From Rhina ancylostomus (lineage: Eukaryota): a stretch of DNA of 64,000 nucleotides. How positions within the stretch are numbered: position 1 is the first letter of the stretch; each line of letters starts with the position of its first letter. The DNA lies in NCBI GenBank assembly GCA_030265395.1, contig JARFYF010000054.1:9844499-9908498 (forward strand), read 5' to 3'. Below, in pieces: positions 36,971 to 52,060 of this stretch. The notes under the pieces were generated by a model. That model was not told the DNA's origin, made no database searches, and was given only the letters and a program-made list of their open reading frames with translations. Made by a program: the position numbers and the translations under genes.

Positions 36971-39900
36971 TAATCCATTCATTTCTACTTTATTGAAATA
37001 AAACTGTGCGTAATAGAATGGATGGGCAAGGTTGCAGGTCATGAGCAGTACTGATGAGTTTGGGTGGAGTGAGGAGGAACAAGATTTTTTTTACCGCAGG
37101 GTGGATCTTGACTTGTGAGACGCCCAAACCGGGTGTTATCCAATTATTCTCGATGTATGCAGGTATATAAATGCTGAATGTTTGATTTTTTTTGCTTTGG
37201 GGCTTTATGATCTTAGGAAACTGATGCCACATCTCATGACCCGTTTTTCTGTGATTTAGTTGTCATTTTCATGGTCGATGCAGTGCCATAAGCCACATGC
37301 ATCTTGCTTTCTGGTGATGCAGGATTAACATCACGACATTTTATAACCATTTTTTTCCCTTTATCAGTCCTGCTGATTTTGCAGAAAGCTCCCGTTGAAT
37401 GTGTCCATGGCTGTGTTACAATGCAGGATATAATATCCTTTTTAATCTGTAAACTGATTTTTAATTCTGTGATTATGCTAAAAATTAGAATGCCATTTTT
37501 GGTTCGGTAATAAAATCAATATAATGCAAACATTTTTTTGTGTCAAAATAATATCCAACCTGGGCAAATGCATGTTATTTTGGTGCCTGTAAATGTGATT
37601 ATTTGTTTTGTAATCAGTGTAGTAGGAGACAAGCATCAGTTTTCAAACAATATTTCAGTGTTCCTATTCTTAGTTCCATAACCAATTTGACTTTTTATTA
37701 GCATTTCGCTAACTTGACTGTGGAGAAGTCAACATGTGACCTTCCTTAAAATATATTTCACTGGAGAAATTAATTTAAGATGTAAATTATTGAGTAATTT
37801 CAGCAGTGGCTAGGAAAATCATCCAGGATTTAATTTGGACATTGACTTGGCAGGTTTTATTGTAGGTTTTTCTATTGAAAACAAAACTTTAAATTTATAA
37901 TTGCAAAATGGTTTCTTAAATGTTAATTAAATTAGTAACTGAGTGTGTCAAGATAGCTTTGGTTTGAAAAGAGCCTCAAAAGTAATTATTTCAATTAAGA
38001 ATGAAAATACGTAATTTTATAATCAGTTTTATATTCAGATACTTGCCTAACATTTTAATCTTGTTTCTCAAATGATTTTTGCTTTTGGGAAGTTTCTGAC
38101 ACATGATTAGGCATCCAAGCATGTAAGATTTGGAGTTGATATTTTTCTAAATCTTCAAAATCTGAAACAAATGATTTAAAATCAAATTAAAGTAAACCAT
38201 TAACTCCATTGTGATAATATATTAAATCTTGGTTTTGATCAATTCACTGGAGATCCAAATAGACAAGTCATAGATTTACATTTCTAGTTAAACTTTGACA
38301 ACTGAATTTACTGTTACTGTATGAACTTCTTCACATGGGCAATACAGTACTGTACAAGGGAAAAAGGATGGAATTTGTGGTTTCAAAGTCCTTGTCTTGA
38401 TTATCTGTATTTGGAACATAGGTGATGAATTATCAAAAAATAATCTCTTTGCATACTGCAATTGAACATTTTACTTCAAATTTATTTTACATTTTCTGTC
38501 AAGATTTTTTTGGTGTTTAAAATTTCAAATAGCTTGGAGAGTTTGGCCAGTGCCTTTCTGAAATGCATCTAATATTACAATACTTTAAGCGTTACAAGTA
38601 ATGTATTGTCAGTATCATTTTCAATATAATTTTCTTTTGGATGAAATATGTACACATACAAAAATATTTTTATGCCTTATCCATTTGCTTCAATTTATTT
38701 TATAACTTTTATGGTAACTAAAATTTGTCAATTGTTCCCACTTAACTATATTACCTACTCTAAACAATTGCAGATCATTTTTATGTATGGGGTATACATT
38801 GATCCATTATTATAACTTTTGACATCACATCTCAATTAGAATGACAGTCTAATTGCAACTCTGTTCCCCGTAACATTTTCATTTTGGGGGATACTTCATG
38901 AATGGCTTACAAAGATGTTTTAATATATATGTTGATATAGAAATGTTTAGCATAAAAGTTGCAAGAAATTGTTCACACATGTTGGAGTTTATCATGTGAC
39001 TTTGGTTGCATCTATCAAGCATTCTGGTATAAGTGAGGTTAAGCTGTAATCCATTCCTAGGTTGTATGAATGCTGATACTGCTCATTGTGTTTTCATTTG
39101 ATGGTTCATGATGAAACTCTTAATCAGTAATTTTATGTGGAGAAGGGCAATTGGTACAAAACTAAATCATGCCTTGGCTTTTGTTTATTAATTGAGCCAT
39201 CACAATGAAATGTTCAAAGATTTTGTAAGTCTGAATACTTGAAGTTTGTACGGTTTCTGTCAGTTGAAAACCAGCCATATTTCTGTACTACTTATCTGAA
39301 TCTTTACAGAGAAATTTAATACTTTTCAGTGTACTGTATGAGGCGAGGGGAGCTAGCAGTTTGAGGGGGTTGGGGTGGTTAATATTGGTGGAGAAATAAT
39401 AAGTGTTTGAGAATTACCCAGTTCCATGTTGTATATCCTTGATTATCAGTGGAAATCTGTAATGCATCAACAAGACCATGTACATGATAATAAATATTTC
39501 TGATTTTACCTAGAAATTTCCATCAGGGAGGATTGAAACAAGCCATGCATCATTATTTTTTTGACACAGAATTAGTCTTTGTGCTGATAGACGTTGGTTT
39601 TTATTAGTCAAGGTTTCTCTGAATTGGAACAGATGGGTAAATGGATTTGAGATGCTGATCAAGCATGCATGAATTGAGTGGCAAAGCATGCTTGGAGGGC
39701 TGAATGGCCTATTCCTATTTCTCAAGTTTTCTAACTGCAGCTGACTGTAAATGTGCTATTGTTTTCATGATTTCATGCTGGACAATGATCATTCATAGTG
39801 GACAATCTGTTAATATACCAAATGTTAGTGGCAGTGTAATATTAAATTTGCTATTGGAGAAACTGGGATATTAACTAAATGTATGAGGCTAACTATGCAT

Positions 39901-41129
39901 AGAGATAGATCAAGGCCTGAAATTAACACCTGTCTGTTAATTTGTTTAGGCTGCAGCAGTACATTTAAGCTGTGACAACAGGGAGTTTGACTGATTTAAC
40001 AAACTGAAAGCATTGCAGTGTTGCTTGCTTAATTCAAAAGACTTCCATGTTTATAAAACATATTGTTTTCACAAATCACATTAGTGTGCAAAGTAATGAA
40101 TATCCCCTTTTCCTACAGTTCCCTCTAGTCCTACAATTCTCAGAACTACACTATTTGGATAACTTGTTCGTCCTTGTTTTCATCACCTCATCGTTGATGG
40201 CATGTCTTCACTTTCAAGTTGTAAAACAAGACATTTCTATGTTTTTGGTATTTATAACTTGGGGGCAAAATGCCTTTAAATAATACACTACCCTTTTCTA
40301 TTTTTCCTCCCTCATAAGATGCACAAAAAGTTCAACTTCAAAAATTGGCTCAACGATAAATGTTAAAGACTCCACGTAATCTTTAACTGCTGGTCCTAGG
40401 TAGTTCAGTCTATGGTGTCAAAATTTCTTTGAAATTTGTGTCACGCTCTGGGACCACATTTTACTACCCTGATTCTAGTTTGTGGATTAAAAACTTGGCA
40501 AAACTTTAGTTCATGGTTGTAATTGAGCAGTCCCTGAAGTAGGGCTTTTAGTGAATAATTGTGTAGAAATGGATGTGGATCATCCATATTACATTGCATC
40601 AGGTTGCTGATGTTGAATTTTTGTTACTTTTCCTTCAACTAAACAGTGTCCTTTTATTACTGGTTTCATCAAATTTCCTAAAAATATCATGCAAGTTATG
40701 TAAGCAATGCAGGTTTTATCACCTGAAGTCAAAATGCTTACAATGGAAATGTAAGGCAACTCTGAAACTGATGCAAATTTTTATTTTGACTTTCATTATG
40801 TTGCAAATTCAGCAAAGTTTGGAATTATGCTATACGTTAAGTAGGAGGCACTAAAGAATGGTAAAACAAAATAGTACTTGTAATTCATTTCAGAGAAATA
40901 ACTTAAAGTTCATTGGAATTTAATCAGGAATTGTTAATATACTGAATAAACTTGGATCGAACAGCTCAGAAGTCAAATCAGGATCATTTATATTTCATTG
41001 TTCTGTTTTGGTATATCCTCTGCAAGATATAGTTAGGTTGAAGAATATACATTGAAGAATATTAAACCCACAACAGATCTTTGAAAAGTAAATAATAAAG
41101 GTAATCAATTTAAGTGAAGCATCCAATAG

Positions 41130-41345
41130 GGTTGGCAAACTTCATTTCCTGAAGGATATTAAGAAACCAGATAAGTCTTTGACAGTCACTACTGTTTCCT
41201 TGGTCACTACTGTTGATAGCTTTATCCTCGATTTGCTTTAATTATTTGAATTTAAATTCCCCAGCTGCTGTGGTGCTTTGGCTTCAAATTGGTAGTTCAA
41301 GCCTCCAGTTACTAGTTCAAAAACTTAACCACTGTGCTACTATTC
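41130..41345 (-). mobile_element. tRNA-derived SINE (same family as 4545-4925)
   Basis: ttcctgaaggatattaagaaaccagat...tttgaatttaaattccccagctgc...ttaaccactgtgctac. Confidence 0.65.
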
Positions 41346-44300
41346 CCATACAAGCTCATGGGATGAGGTACGATCTTAAGTTGTGTTGTCTCTTTTAAGT
41401 TGTTAAATCAAAACAGAAATTGACAAACTTAGCTGCTATACAGTATGAAAAGCAGACGTGCTTTGTTGAAGCAAGCAGTTTGCAGTTTGAAACTCCAAGC
41501 AGTTTGTTGAAGATGATCAGTCAAGAAGGACAATGCATTTACTGTAGTTTGTACATTTTGCTTGGGATTAGAGTTGTTAAATTAAGAAATAAGGAGTTGT
41601 TTGAAATAACTGGCAGAGAGAAACATGATGTAACTAATTTTCCAAGCAGGCAGTGTGCATGATTTTTTTTGTTCAGCAACTCAGCAAATTGTTTTTATAT
41701 TTTTGAACATGAAATGAATTGATGGATATGGGATTTGAACAGGAAAGTAGAGTTGGTGGTAGAGGATCAGCCAGTATCTTATTAAATAGTGGAAAAGGCT
41801 CACGGGGCGGGGAAGGCATGGATTTGGGGGTGATGGCATATGGCCAACTGCTATTCCTTTTCACAAATCCCCATTTGAGTTTGTTCAAGAGCTGGTTTGT
41901 ATATTTTTTGTTTTATTTTGAAGATTAAAATCAATGGGCACCATGTAGTATCCTCTAAATGGATATTCTTTATGTGAATGTTAATTATTTGACTGTGTAT
42001 GGGAGGGCATGTAGCTGAACTAAATGTGATATGTATTCAACATTATGTTAGCTTTTCAGCAGGGAGTTGTTAGAAAACCATCAGATGTGAGAACATTGGT
42101 GATTGTCCTAATCTAGCTGGAGGCAGTGGGGCCAATTAGAGTGTTGCAGTTATTGACTATATCAAGCAATGCAGTTGCTAGGTAATATGAGCAGATTTTA
42201 GTGGATAAATCTAACTTTAGCAGGCCTGAACATGGGTAATAGTTTTCTCAAAAACAGAAAATGCTGGAAATATTCAACAGGTCAGGTAGTACCGGAAGAG
42301 AAATGACATTAACATTTCATGTCAAAGACCCTTTAGCAGAACTCATTAACAGCTCTTTTTTTTAAAGCTTATCATTGTTTGGGAAAAAAAATTGAGGATA
42401 TTTATAAATGTCCAGTTAAAAGTCCTGTTTTGCAGAACTGTGGCTTCTCAGCAAGTTGTCACAACACATTTTCAGTAATGTTAAATATATTTCTTTATGC
42501 TGGGAGTGCAAAGTAAATTGATTTCTCTTGGAGAAATGTGAGTTTGATTAGTAATTTCCGTGATTATTTACTGTTTCCTTTTGTGGTTATGAAATAATTA
42601 TAATCTATTATGTCTTAAAGGTATAAAAACAAAGTTTATAATTTATTTTGGATGAGGCTTGAAAAAGTAACATTCATTTAAAAATATCAAATATGATGTC
42701 CAAAAATTGAAAACGTAAGCAAACTTCCTTGTGTATGAAAGTAATTTTTAGTGATCGGAGTCCACTTATTAGACATGTAAAATTGTGTCATGGTTTTAGT
42801 GCTTGATTCTTTTAACGGTCCTTGCGTAGAATGTGTACAATCTTGATTTGTGTAGATTTATATAGTGGCACTACTGTTCTTTGAGTGGGATTGTGAATTG
42901 TGTTAACATCTTGATCCATGCCTCAAGTTACCTTTCTCTTCCCTCAGTTTAAAAATTATACCAGATACAAAACTACATCTTTTTTAAAGAAAAGTTGTGT
43001 GTGTGACCACTTGTGTCTCTGATAGTCCTACCATCCCACATTTCCCTTTCATAATAGTTACAAATCTCAAGTTTTGTATTTACTGTTTTCAATTAAAATT
43101 TTCTTTAATGCACCACCATGCTATTTTGTGTTGCGCCTGTATTAGTTTGAGGCCACATTCATCATAAATTTAAATCCTTTTTTAAGCTGCTTATTTGACC
43201 TTTTAAACCAGAAACTGATTTGCAAAAAGTTTTTTGCCATTTTCAAAATTCAGCCCATTGGATAAATCTGAATGACATGAAGTTGATCCTCTTGAAATCT
43301 GGAAATTTTATTTGGATTTTCTCAGCTTTCTAATCCTTGTAAGATGATGTTGGAAGAAAGAATTTTGCATTTATAATGCATTCATGTTGCCAGAGCATTT
43401 AAAAATACATTGCATATAATGTAGGGAAACATAACATCAAACATGTATTCAGGAATATTCCACAAACACCATAACCTGAGATTCTGTTTCACTGATAAAT
43501 ATTGGCCAGGATATTGGGTGGCCTCCATCCAAGTGATCAGATGGTGCCTTGGCTTATTTAACCTCTTGTCTGATGGTTAGTTCCTCAGATGCTGAAAGAC
43601 TGCCTAGGTGATCCCCTGAAGTGTTTGCCTTGTTTCTGTTCTCCAGTCTTTGGGACAGAAGCAATTTTGCTGAAGTGAGGATGAACCATGACTGGTTTCA
43701 AATTATGATTACCTTTGCTCTTTGGTAGTTTTAATTATGCCTCCTTTTTACTACTGTTTCAAACTGAGTCAGAATGGCTTCATAAATGATAAAGAGGTCA
43801 CAAGCTCATCTGCCACAGTTTCACGTAATATAAAGTTAATGTAGGCGATAGGCTGCAATATTAAACAGGAATAAGTTAAGGGGTATTTGAATATATTCAT
43901 GAATTGGATAGATGGGATGTAAAATTCAGTCTAGAAAAATGCTTCATAGGACAAAAGTCAGGACTGAATGAGAAAATCATAGACACAAATGAAAAGAAAA
44001 ATGTTTGGAAAATGAAAGTAATCTGGGAGACCTGATTGATGGTGTCTGGAAGCTCTTGCCACTGTGCACAGTAGAGGTGAGGAAATCAAATGGATTAAAG
44101 GTCAAAATTGAGAGTAGTGAGATAATTCTGCCACTTCATAATTTCACTGAAAATGACGGTTCTTTGCATATTAAACCATGTATTCTATGATGTAAGAGTA
44201 TGTATGGTGTTGAAATGAGACAAAAGGAGGCAACTAAAATTTTCAGAATGGATGTGGACTTTTAAGGATCAGGGTTTACACACTGGAAAAAGGTAGTTGT

Positions 44301-45192
44301 CAGGGGAGAAAAACATTGAAATTAAAGAAAGCAATATAAAGGAATTAGATATTTACCATGATCAGCTGTTTCATCTTGTTTGGTGAGAGCAGTGAACAGA
44401 GACTGTACCAAGAAGAGTAAATTAAAAACTAATTTACAAAAACATTTATTTCCAGACACAGACAAATTGTGTTAATTGCTTCAATGCAAAACATTTTTTT
44501 CTTAAAGTGTACATTTTTAGATAAGTAAATCAGTAACTTGAACCATGGAATATAACAGGCGAGCAGTTAATTTGGATGTGTGGTACACAAAGCTTTCATC
44601 ATTGGGGGATTATCTTTACCCATACTTAATATAATAGAATCATAGAATTTCATAGATTAATTTATAATAGTTGACTCCTGTGACTAGATAATTGCACTAT
44701 TGTTGTGCTTTATAATAAATGGGCTAGTGTCCAGCAATACAGTAAAGATAAGCTAATAGCTGTATAGTGTTGCTAGCTCGGTGATGGTTGGTAGGGCTCA
44801 GTACTACTACTTTAATTCATTTTTTCCAACATTTGTGACCAGTTGATGTGCTGAATTCTTCTCCATCCTCTTAGATTATTGTTTTGACATGTATGGAACT
44901 AAGATGCACAAGTAGTTCTAGATGCAATGAAATATTACTGTTGTAATAGGACTAAATTACTGTGGTAAATAGGACTAAATAAGCCTTGACCAACTCTGGT
45001 TTCTAGGTTTTCAACCTGTAATTTTGGTTTCATAGGAATAATGGTTAACACTGAGTAACAAAAGAACAAGTGTTGCTCTAGGGCTAGAAGTGCATCAAGG
45101 ACTTTCTCTAAACTGGCCAAAAGCCTTTTGAATCTTGAACATGTGATCACTAGTTCTTCATTAATCAAGAATATTGAAGGAATATTAGGGAC

Positions 45193-45400
45193 TCTTGACC
45201 TCACAATCCACTTCATTTTGAACTTGCACCTTAATGTCTACTTGCACAGCACTTTCTCTGTAACTGTTACACTTCATTCTGCATTCTGTTATTGTTTTAT
45301 CTTGTACAACCTCAATGCACTGTGTAATGAATTGGTCCGTAAGAACGGTATGCAAGACAAGTTTCTCACTGTACCTCGGTACATGTGACAATAAACCATT
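45193..45400 (+). mobile_element. Non-LTR retroelement 3' tail (Rex1/Babar-like, tentative)
   Basis: Same family as 15763-15853 (+) and 52685-53060 (-). Confidence 0.6.
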
Positions 45401-45519
45401 TCCGGAATGAAGGGGGAGGGGGGCTATCATCCCAGCTCTAAACCTCTCTCTGGTGGAAAAGGCTCCTGAGAATATTATTGCAGCTAGAGATTAAGTGAGG
45501 TAATTTGTACTTATCTGGC

Positions 45520-45900
45520 ATTAAATTATTAAACATTCGTGATGGTGGCTGAAGTCTGTGTAGTAGAACTAAACTGGTTTAGAAGAGTGAGATCATATGA
45601 TAGAATCATTTTAATTCCTGAGGGGTCTTGGGTGGGTATGGGGAAGATGTTTCCTCTTGGGGATCACTGTTTTAAAAAAAAAAGTGGTTGCCCAAGTGGA
45701 GCTCGCATATTTGGAACTTTTTAAAGGGTGGAGGAAGTGGTCTGTAAATAATTTTAAGGTGAAATTGGACAAATCCATGAAAAGCAAGGGGCTGAAAGGT
45801 TATTGGGGAATCTGGAATCTGGTTACAGTTAGGACAATCCTGATTTTATTGAATGGCAGAACAGAATCAAGGGGCTCAGTGACCTATTGCTTCTAATTAA
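45520..45900 (+). mobile_element. Decayed CR1 3' end
   Basis: tttagaagagtgag...gaagatgtttcctcttg...ttattgaatggcagaacag. Confidence 0.7.
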
Positions 45901-45949
45901 TAATTTTATATGCATGGAAATGATCTTGGTGTGTTTCACTAGGAAAAAT

Positions 45950-46620
45950 AGAGAAGGAAATATTAGGATGGTGATGTAAAGTTTAATCAAAGTGATTTTT
46001 AAAGTAGAATCTTTAAGTAGAGAGATGGAAGAGGTAAGGAGGCCAAGGGTTTCAGAAGAAAATTCCAAATCTCGGCCTAGATGAGTTAAGGCACAGTTAT
46101 CAATACTAAGAACATTCTGAGATGCTCAGAGTAAGAGTTAGATGAACAAGTTTAGCAGATGTTGGCGATGATTACAGAGGAAAAAGATGGAAGCGCATTC
46201 GAAGGAATTTGAATGTGAGAATGAGGATTTAAAATTCTGTGGGAGAAATGGGAAGCCACATAGTATAGGAAAAAGGTGAGTAGGTTGAAATGAAGGATGG
46301 GATGCAATCAAGAAGAATTTAAATTAGTTGAAGACTGTGTAGGAAGTGAGAGAACCTTGGAACAGTTCATCCTGTGACTGACAAAGGTATGGGTGACAGT
46401 TTTGGTAGCATGGTTTTGGATGAGATGGAAGAAATTCCAAAATTGCAAATAAGTAGCCTTTAATGGCGAGAATTATGGGATTTAAAGCTCAGCATAAAAA
46501 TGGGTGCCTACCAAAGTTCATTCTAAATCTTGAACTGAGGCAGTAACCTTGGAGATTTTGCAGTGGGAGCTGAAGGTAATGGCTTTGGATTCCTAATTTG
46601 AGAGATTTTGCATTTCAAGC
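45950..46620 (-). mobile_element. Decayed L2-type LINE 3' region
   Basis: Purine-rich reverse L2-like text (gaaaattccaaatctcggcctag...gaaggaatttgaatgtgagaatgaggatttaaaatt). Confidence 0.5.
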
Positions 46621-49069
46621 TGTTTGTTTACACTGGGTTTTTACATTTAAAATGCTTTTATTTAATCCTGTGGTTGGAAGTACAATAATTTATTGCAGCA
46701 CATCAAATTGTTCAGCTTTCTGCAATTCACCTACATCCCCAAAGTGATGCCATGTGCAGCTGGTAGTTGTGTCCTAGGTTTTTCTCTTGTACATGCCAGT
46801 CTTCGTAAGGTAACAAATACAATAGATTCTGAACGAATTCATTTAGTGGATGAAAATCTACTACTAAATTTGTAGAGCCTGATGGGGATCTAGGTTGGGA
46901 CTGCTGCTCTTATGAATCTTTTTTCAATATCCAGATCAAGATGTTGTGGATGCTGTTGATATGTATGAATGACACAAAAAAAAATTAGGATATGTAATTG
47001 GGACCCTGTTTCAAAATTAGGTTGCAATCTGATTTTGGTACAATGGAGGAATGTGTTTGTATTTGGCAGAAGTCGTCTTCATGTGAATAAATGCAGCATT
47101 GTGCACAAGTGCTATCAGTGCCAAGCATGTACAGACCAAACTTGGAATAAAATTAAAAGCTGGTCAAATGGGATAGAGCTAAGAGGTTGTGATGCAGGGT
47201 TCCTATCAGCAATCAAGAAGTTATACTTGTAGGGATGAAGTTAAGACATGTATAGTGTCCAGGTAGAAAACCCTGATTATGCCTCATCTTACCAGTGACA
47301 TCCAGATCTTGAAAGATTAATCCATTGTAAAAACTGTTCAATTTGGTCATCTTGTTTAGTGGCTAATGTGGAGACCCTTAAATCATTTTAAAGGATTACG
47401 GAAATGATCCCTGGCTTAAATGCTGTAAGTTATGGTGTAGGTCTTTGAGAGCTGAGACTCTAACTCAAGGATAAACTTTAAAGATTTAACTGAGGTATTT
47501 TAAANNNNNNNNNNNNNNNNNNNNNNNNNNNNNNNNNNNNNNNNNNNNNNNNNNNNNNNNNNNNNNNNNNNNNNNNNNNNNNNNNNNNNNNNNNNNNNNN
47601 NNNNAAATGTTTTAATAAGCAAGATTGGGGGGGGGGTTAGGGGTGCAGATGTTTTTGAACTAGGCTAGATAGGAAAATGATAGATTTATGCCCAAGAGCT
47701 ATCCATGTGATTGGGTTTTTTTGCAAAGGATTGTAGATGCTTAAAGTAAGATGCTGGCTCAAGTGATGAGTGCAAGTTTTCAGTAACAGGATGTTTATGA
47801 AACTTGGATCTCTGTGATCTCCTGGAACCTATTAGAGGAATTTTCCTGAGTTATTTCTTTTAATTTAGCCTATTTTGGTCTATTTTCAGTGCTGAGTTTT
47901 AGTACTATGCAGTCACCTACTGGGTTAGAAGTTTGTGCATTCCTCTATCCCTCCTGATATTTGAGCATATAATGTTGCATGAGAGTTCAGTACAGTATTG
48001 AGGAAGTGCCATGTTTGAAGTTCTATTTCTAGATCTTAAGCCATGTTGTCTTCTGGTCCTTTGTGTGGATGCAAAAGAACCAAACTCTTGTTGCTATATT
48101 TTAAATGTTTATGCCCCACTGAGATTTTTAATAACTTTTTTTGGTTATTATCTCATTGATCGTGGAATCTTACTGTGCAGATTTGCATTTTCCTGCATGA
48201 CAAAGGATTTCAACCATTGTCACTATTGTAAACTACAATATGTTTGGAGATTGTTAAAGGTATCATATTAATGGCATTCAATTTTTACAAAATATGAAGA
48301 AATTAGTATAGGATTTAAAAACCTGAAACTGGCATTGTGTAGAAATTGGCTGTTCATTGTTCTAGTAACCTAATGCTATTCCTATTTTCTCTGGACATTC
48401 CATGGGATTGTTTCTGTATTTTGAACTGGCAGACAAGTGCTTTCATTTAGTGTGCTTGCCTTGTCCACCTTTCGTGTGGTATAGATATTTCACCTTACAA
48501 AGCAATATGTAATCTGTAGAAAGTACACATGCAGTCATCTTATCTCAGTGTGTCTAATATGTTTGGCCTAAATTACTTTCCTTGATCAAATGGCTGTATT
48601 CTTTACCATATGCAGCCTTTAATAAAGTAGCTGTCTGAAATTTATTCAGACTTAATCTTGATATTAATATCTTTATCCACATTGATAAGTTGTATTTACA
48701 GCAACAACAGAGGCTATTCATCCAACCTTTGTGTTTACTGACTTGGCTCCTAAATGGCCTAGCTCTAACATTAAGGTTGTGGCATCTTGTTCTGCACTTC
48801 ATGAGAGGAAATTGTTTATCAGCCTTAACATCATTGAATTATAAGCACCTCAGTTTGATCATTCCTTAATCTGCAAATGGAATTTAAACCAAGTCCATGC
48901 AACTTGTAATTTTTAAATTACAATTTAATTTTTGTAATTGTAAGTTTTACATCTTTGGTATGATTTTGGTTAATCTAGTTTATGACTTCTCCAAGAATTG
49001 GCAAATGCTACATCAACTGAACTTCAAAAGCACCAAAACCTACCTTGGCCAGTATAGTGAAGTACCATC

Positions 49070-49690
49070 CTCATCAGATCCCTGCTGCTCAGGTAGAGTC
49101 TCAGTGCCACCACACAGTTTCTGAAGTGGCTTTGGTAGGAATGAGACTGTCATCCATCTCCTTCAGGAGTGTGCATTTGCCAAGAAGGTTAGAAAGAAAT
49201 ACTGCAGTCTCTATCGAGGTTCATCCCAAATAGCTGTACGTCACAGTATTCTGTGCTCTGCAGGCTGTTCCTAGGGATGTCCATTAGAGGAAATGGCAAT
49301 TACTGCTAGAAGATTGAATGATGAAACTGTCCTTTGGGCTGTCTGAAACTCATTGGGATTCCAGAATTAGGAGCCATTTGTGACTGGGTATTGCAGACCA
49401 GTACAGTTCTGGAGTCCAGGATTACATAGTAAGGGGCACACTTGGTGTAGCCACTGCAAAAGTTGTATGGAGAAAGGCCACAGTGTAAAGCTCTCCCATA
49501 TTGCACACTGAAGGGCTAGGGTCTGTGTAAACACTTAAAATGTTTTGCTTAAGTAATGTAATTGAAAGAAAAATTGATGTTATGTCACAAAAGTATAAAT
49601 TATGCAATAGAATGTGGCATATACTGTGATTGGCAACGTGTGGGTACTACACACTAATTGCAAATTTTATGAATAAAATATACTTTTGAA
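49070..49690 (+). mobile_element. L1/Tx1-clade LINE 3' end (zf-RVT region)
   Basis: ETVIHLLQECAFAKKV and SRFIPNS peptides, ending with aataaa. Confidence 0.75.
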
Positions 49691-50039
49691 ACAAAGTGGT
49701 CTTGAGCTCCAGCACTGAGAACAGAATGATCTTCTGAATTTAAATTCTAGCTCTTTTGAAAATTTATAGTTGTATATTTTTGAAAGAAGTAAAAAGAACA
49801 TGACAAGTTTTCATAATCTATAGCAACTTGGATTTCATATTCTCATATCTGTCCACTAATCTCTGTTGAGGCATCATTGGGACATCGATATCTTTGGGTT
49901 AAAATGGCAAAAATCAGTCAGTCACCCCTTCCTGATTTTGAAAGTCTATTTACATTGAAAGAGCAAATAAAACCGTAGCGTTTAACTTGACTTTTTGAGT
50001 AAGGTACTAGAAATTGCTCGGGGAACTATTGACTGCAAG

Positions 50040-51935
50040 GAATTGAGAATTGATTCAAACTTTTGGTGATCAAGTCCCTGTGGCCTGGTGGACTTCATAG
50101 TGTCTTAAGACAAGTGGTTAATGAAATACTTGATGCATTTGCTAGATCTGGAGAAGTTTCTATTAGATTAGAAAATGGAATTCCTTTTTTCAAAAGGGAG
50201 GAAGAATGTACAAAGTAGGCTAGTTAGCTTAACTTCTGTCATTGGGTAAACACTGGAAGACTATTGAAGATGTTATAACTGAGTTTAGGGGAAAAAATAA
50301 GGTAATTGGGCAAAGTCAGCATGGTTTTGACCTATTTATTGAGGTTTGTGGAAGAAGTAACATGTTGTGGATTTGATCATATGCAAAGGTTTGTTGAAGA
50401 AAATACAAGTTCATGGTACAGAAGGTAGCAATGGCATGGATAAAAGATTGACTAGCCAACAGGAAACCAAGAGTAAGCAAAAGGTCTCTTTCTGCTTGGC
50501 AATATGTGAGAAGTGGTGTGCGACAAAGATCAGTGCTGGGACCTCAATTTTTTCAAGTTGGATGAATCGGATAAAGGTATGATTACTAAATGTGATGATA
50601 AAAAGCAGGGATAAGTCATGCAGATGACTGAAGGAGGATTATAGAGGCATATGGTAGGTTAAGGGACTGGGCAAATATCTAGGAAATGGAGCATAATATG
50701 GGGGGGGGGTGGGATGTGAATTTTTGGCAGGGTAAAAATAAAGAGGTGAGCTATTAAGGTGATCGAGTTGCCCTAATACATAAGGGCTAGTAAGCTGAGG
50801 CATGGGATCATTAGAAATAATTAGGAAAGCTAATGTCATTATTCTTAATTACAAGGGGAATTGAATATAAAACTGGTTATATTCCAGTTCCTTAGCTATT
50901 GATAAGACTATCTGGAATAATGTGTACAGTATTGATCTTGAAGTATGTAAATGCACTGAAAGCAGTTTAAAGACTTGCTAGACTGATTATCAGGTGGGTG
51001 GTCTTTTAAGGAAAGATTGGACAGGCTGCACCTGTATCTGCTGTATTTTAGAAGAATGAGAGGCAACTTGATGGAATCTCATGATTCTGAAGCTCTTTGA
51101 CAGGGTTTATGTTGGCAGTATCTTCCCCTTGTCAGAGTATCCAGAATTAGGGGGCATTTGGTTTAAAAAATAATGGATCACCCATTTAGGGCAGGAACAG
51201 GCTCTTTGGTCTGCAAGGTCTGTGCTGACCACAGTGCCAATTTAAACTTAATCCCATCTGCCTGCATGTGGTCAAATGTCTCTTAAATGTTGCTATCATA
51301 CCTGCTTCCACTGGCAATGTGTTCCATGAACCTACCACTCTCTGCAAAAAAAAACTTGTCTATAAATCTCCTTCTAAATTGTCCCCTCATGCTCTCTAGT
51401 ATTTGACATTTCCACCCTGGGGAAAAAGACTCCGACCACCTATACTCTGTTACTCTCATAATTTTATACTTCAGTCAGGTCATCCCTCAGCCTCTGATGC
51501 TCCTGAGAAAACAGTTTGTCCAACTTCTCATTATAGCTGATAATCTAAGCAATATCCTGGTGAACCTCTTCTGCACCCTCTCCAAAGCCTCCACATCCAT
51601 CCTTCCTGTAATATGGTGACCAGATGCATGCATAGCTCCAAGTATGTCCTTTTTTTATATAGCTGCAACTTGACTTCCTTGCTCTTATACTCAGTGCCCC
51701 AAGATCCCATTTAAGGAAGTTGCGGAACAATTTCTTTCGAGGATCTTGAACTTCTGGAACTTTGTTCCTCAAAAGTTGCTGGCACTTGCCTTGAAATTTT
51801 TAAGACAGAGTTAAATAGATTATTAATAAGCAAAAGGATTGAAAGGTTATTGGTGTTGGGCAGAAATATGGTTACAATTAAATCAACCATGAGCTTATTG
51901 AATGGTGGGCTCAAGGGGCCTGTTCCTAATTGGAA
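50040..51935 (+). mobile_element. Decayed CR1 interrupted by a reverse CR1 (about 51192-51703)
   Basis: RT remnants on both sides. cccattta is repeated at 51181-51188 and 51706-51713 around the insert. Confidence 0.8.
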
Positions 51936-52060
51936 TGTTTTTTTCTAACCTTTTCATCTGGTATCAATGCAGTGATCCAAGTTATTGTTTTAATTGTGCC
52001 ATGATGATGTACTACATTAGTACTCTAAGGATGAATACAGATTGTTAAAGAGTGTTTGGC

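Noticed and set aside
39305-39313. Exact METTL16 nonamer TACAGAGAA on the PAFAH1B1 sense strand
   Set aside because: About one chance hit is expected in 64 kb on two strands, and another occurs in reverse inside a repeat near 45254-45262. The nearby ttctgta would pair with the motif rather than present it in a loop.
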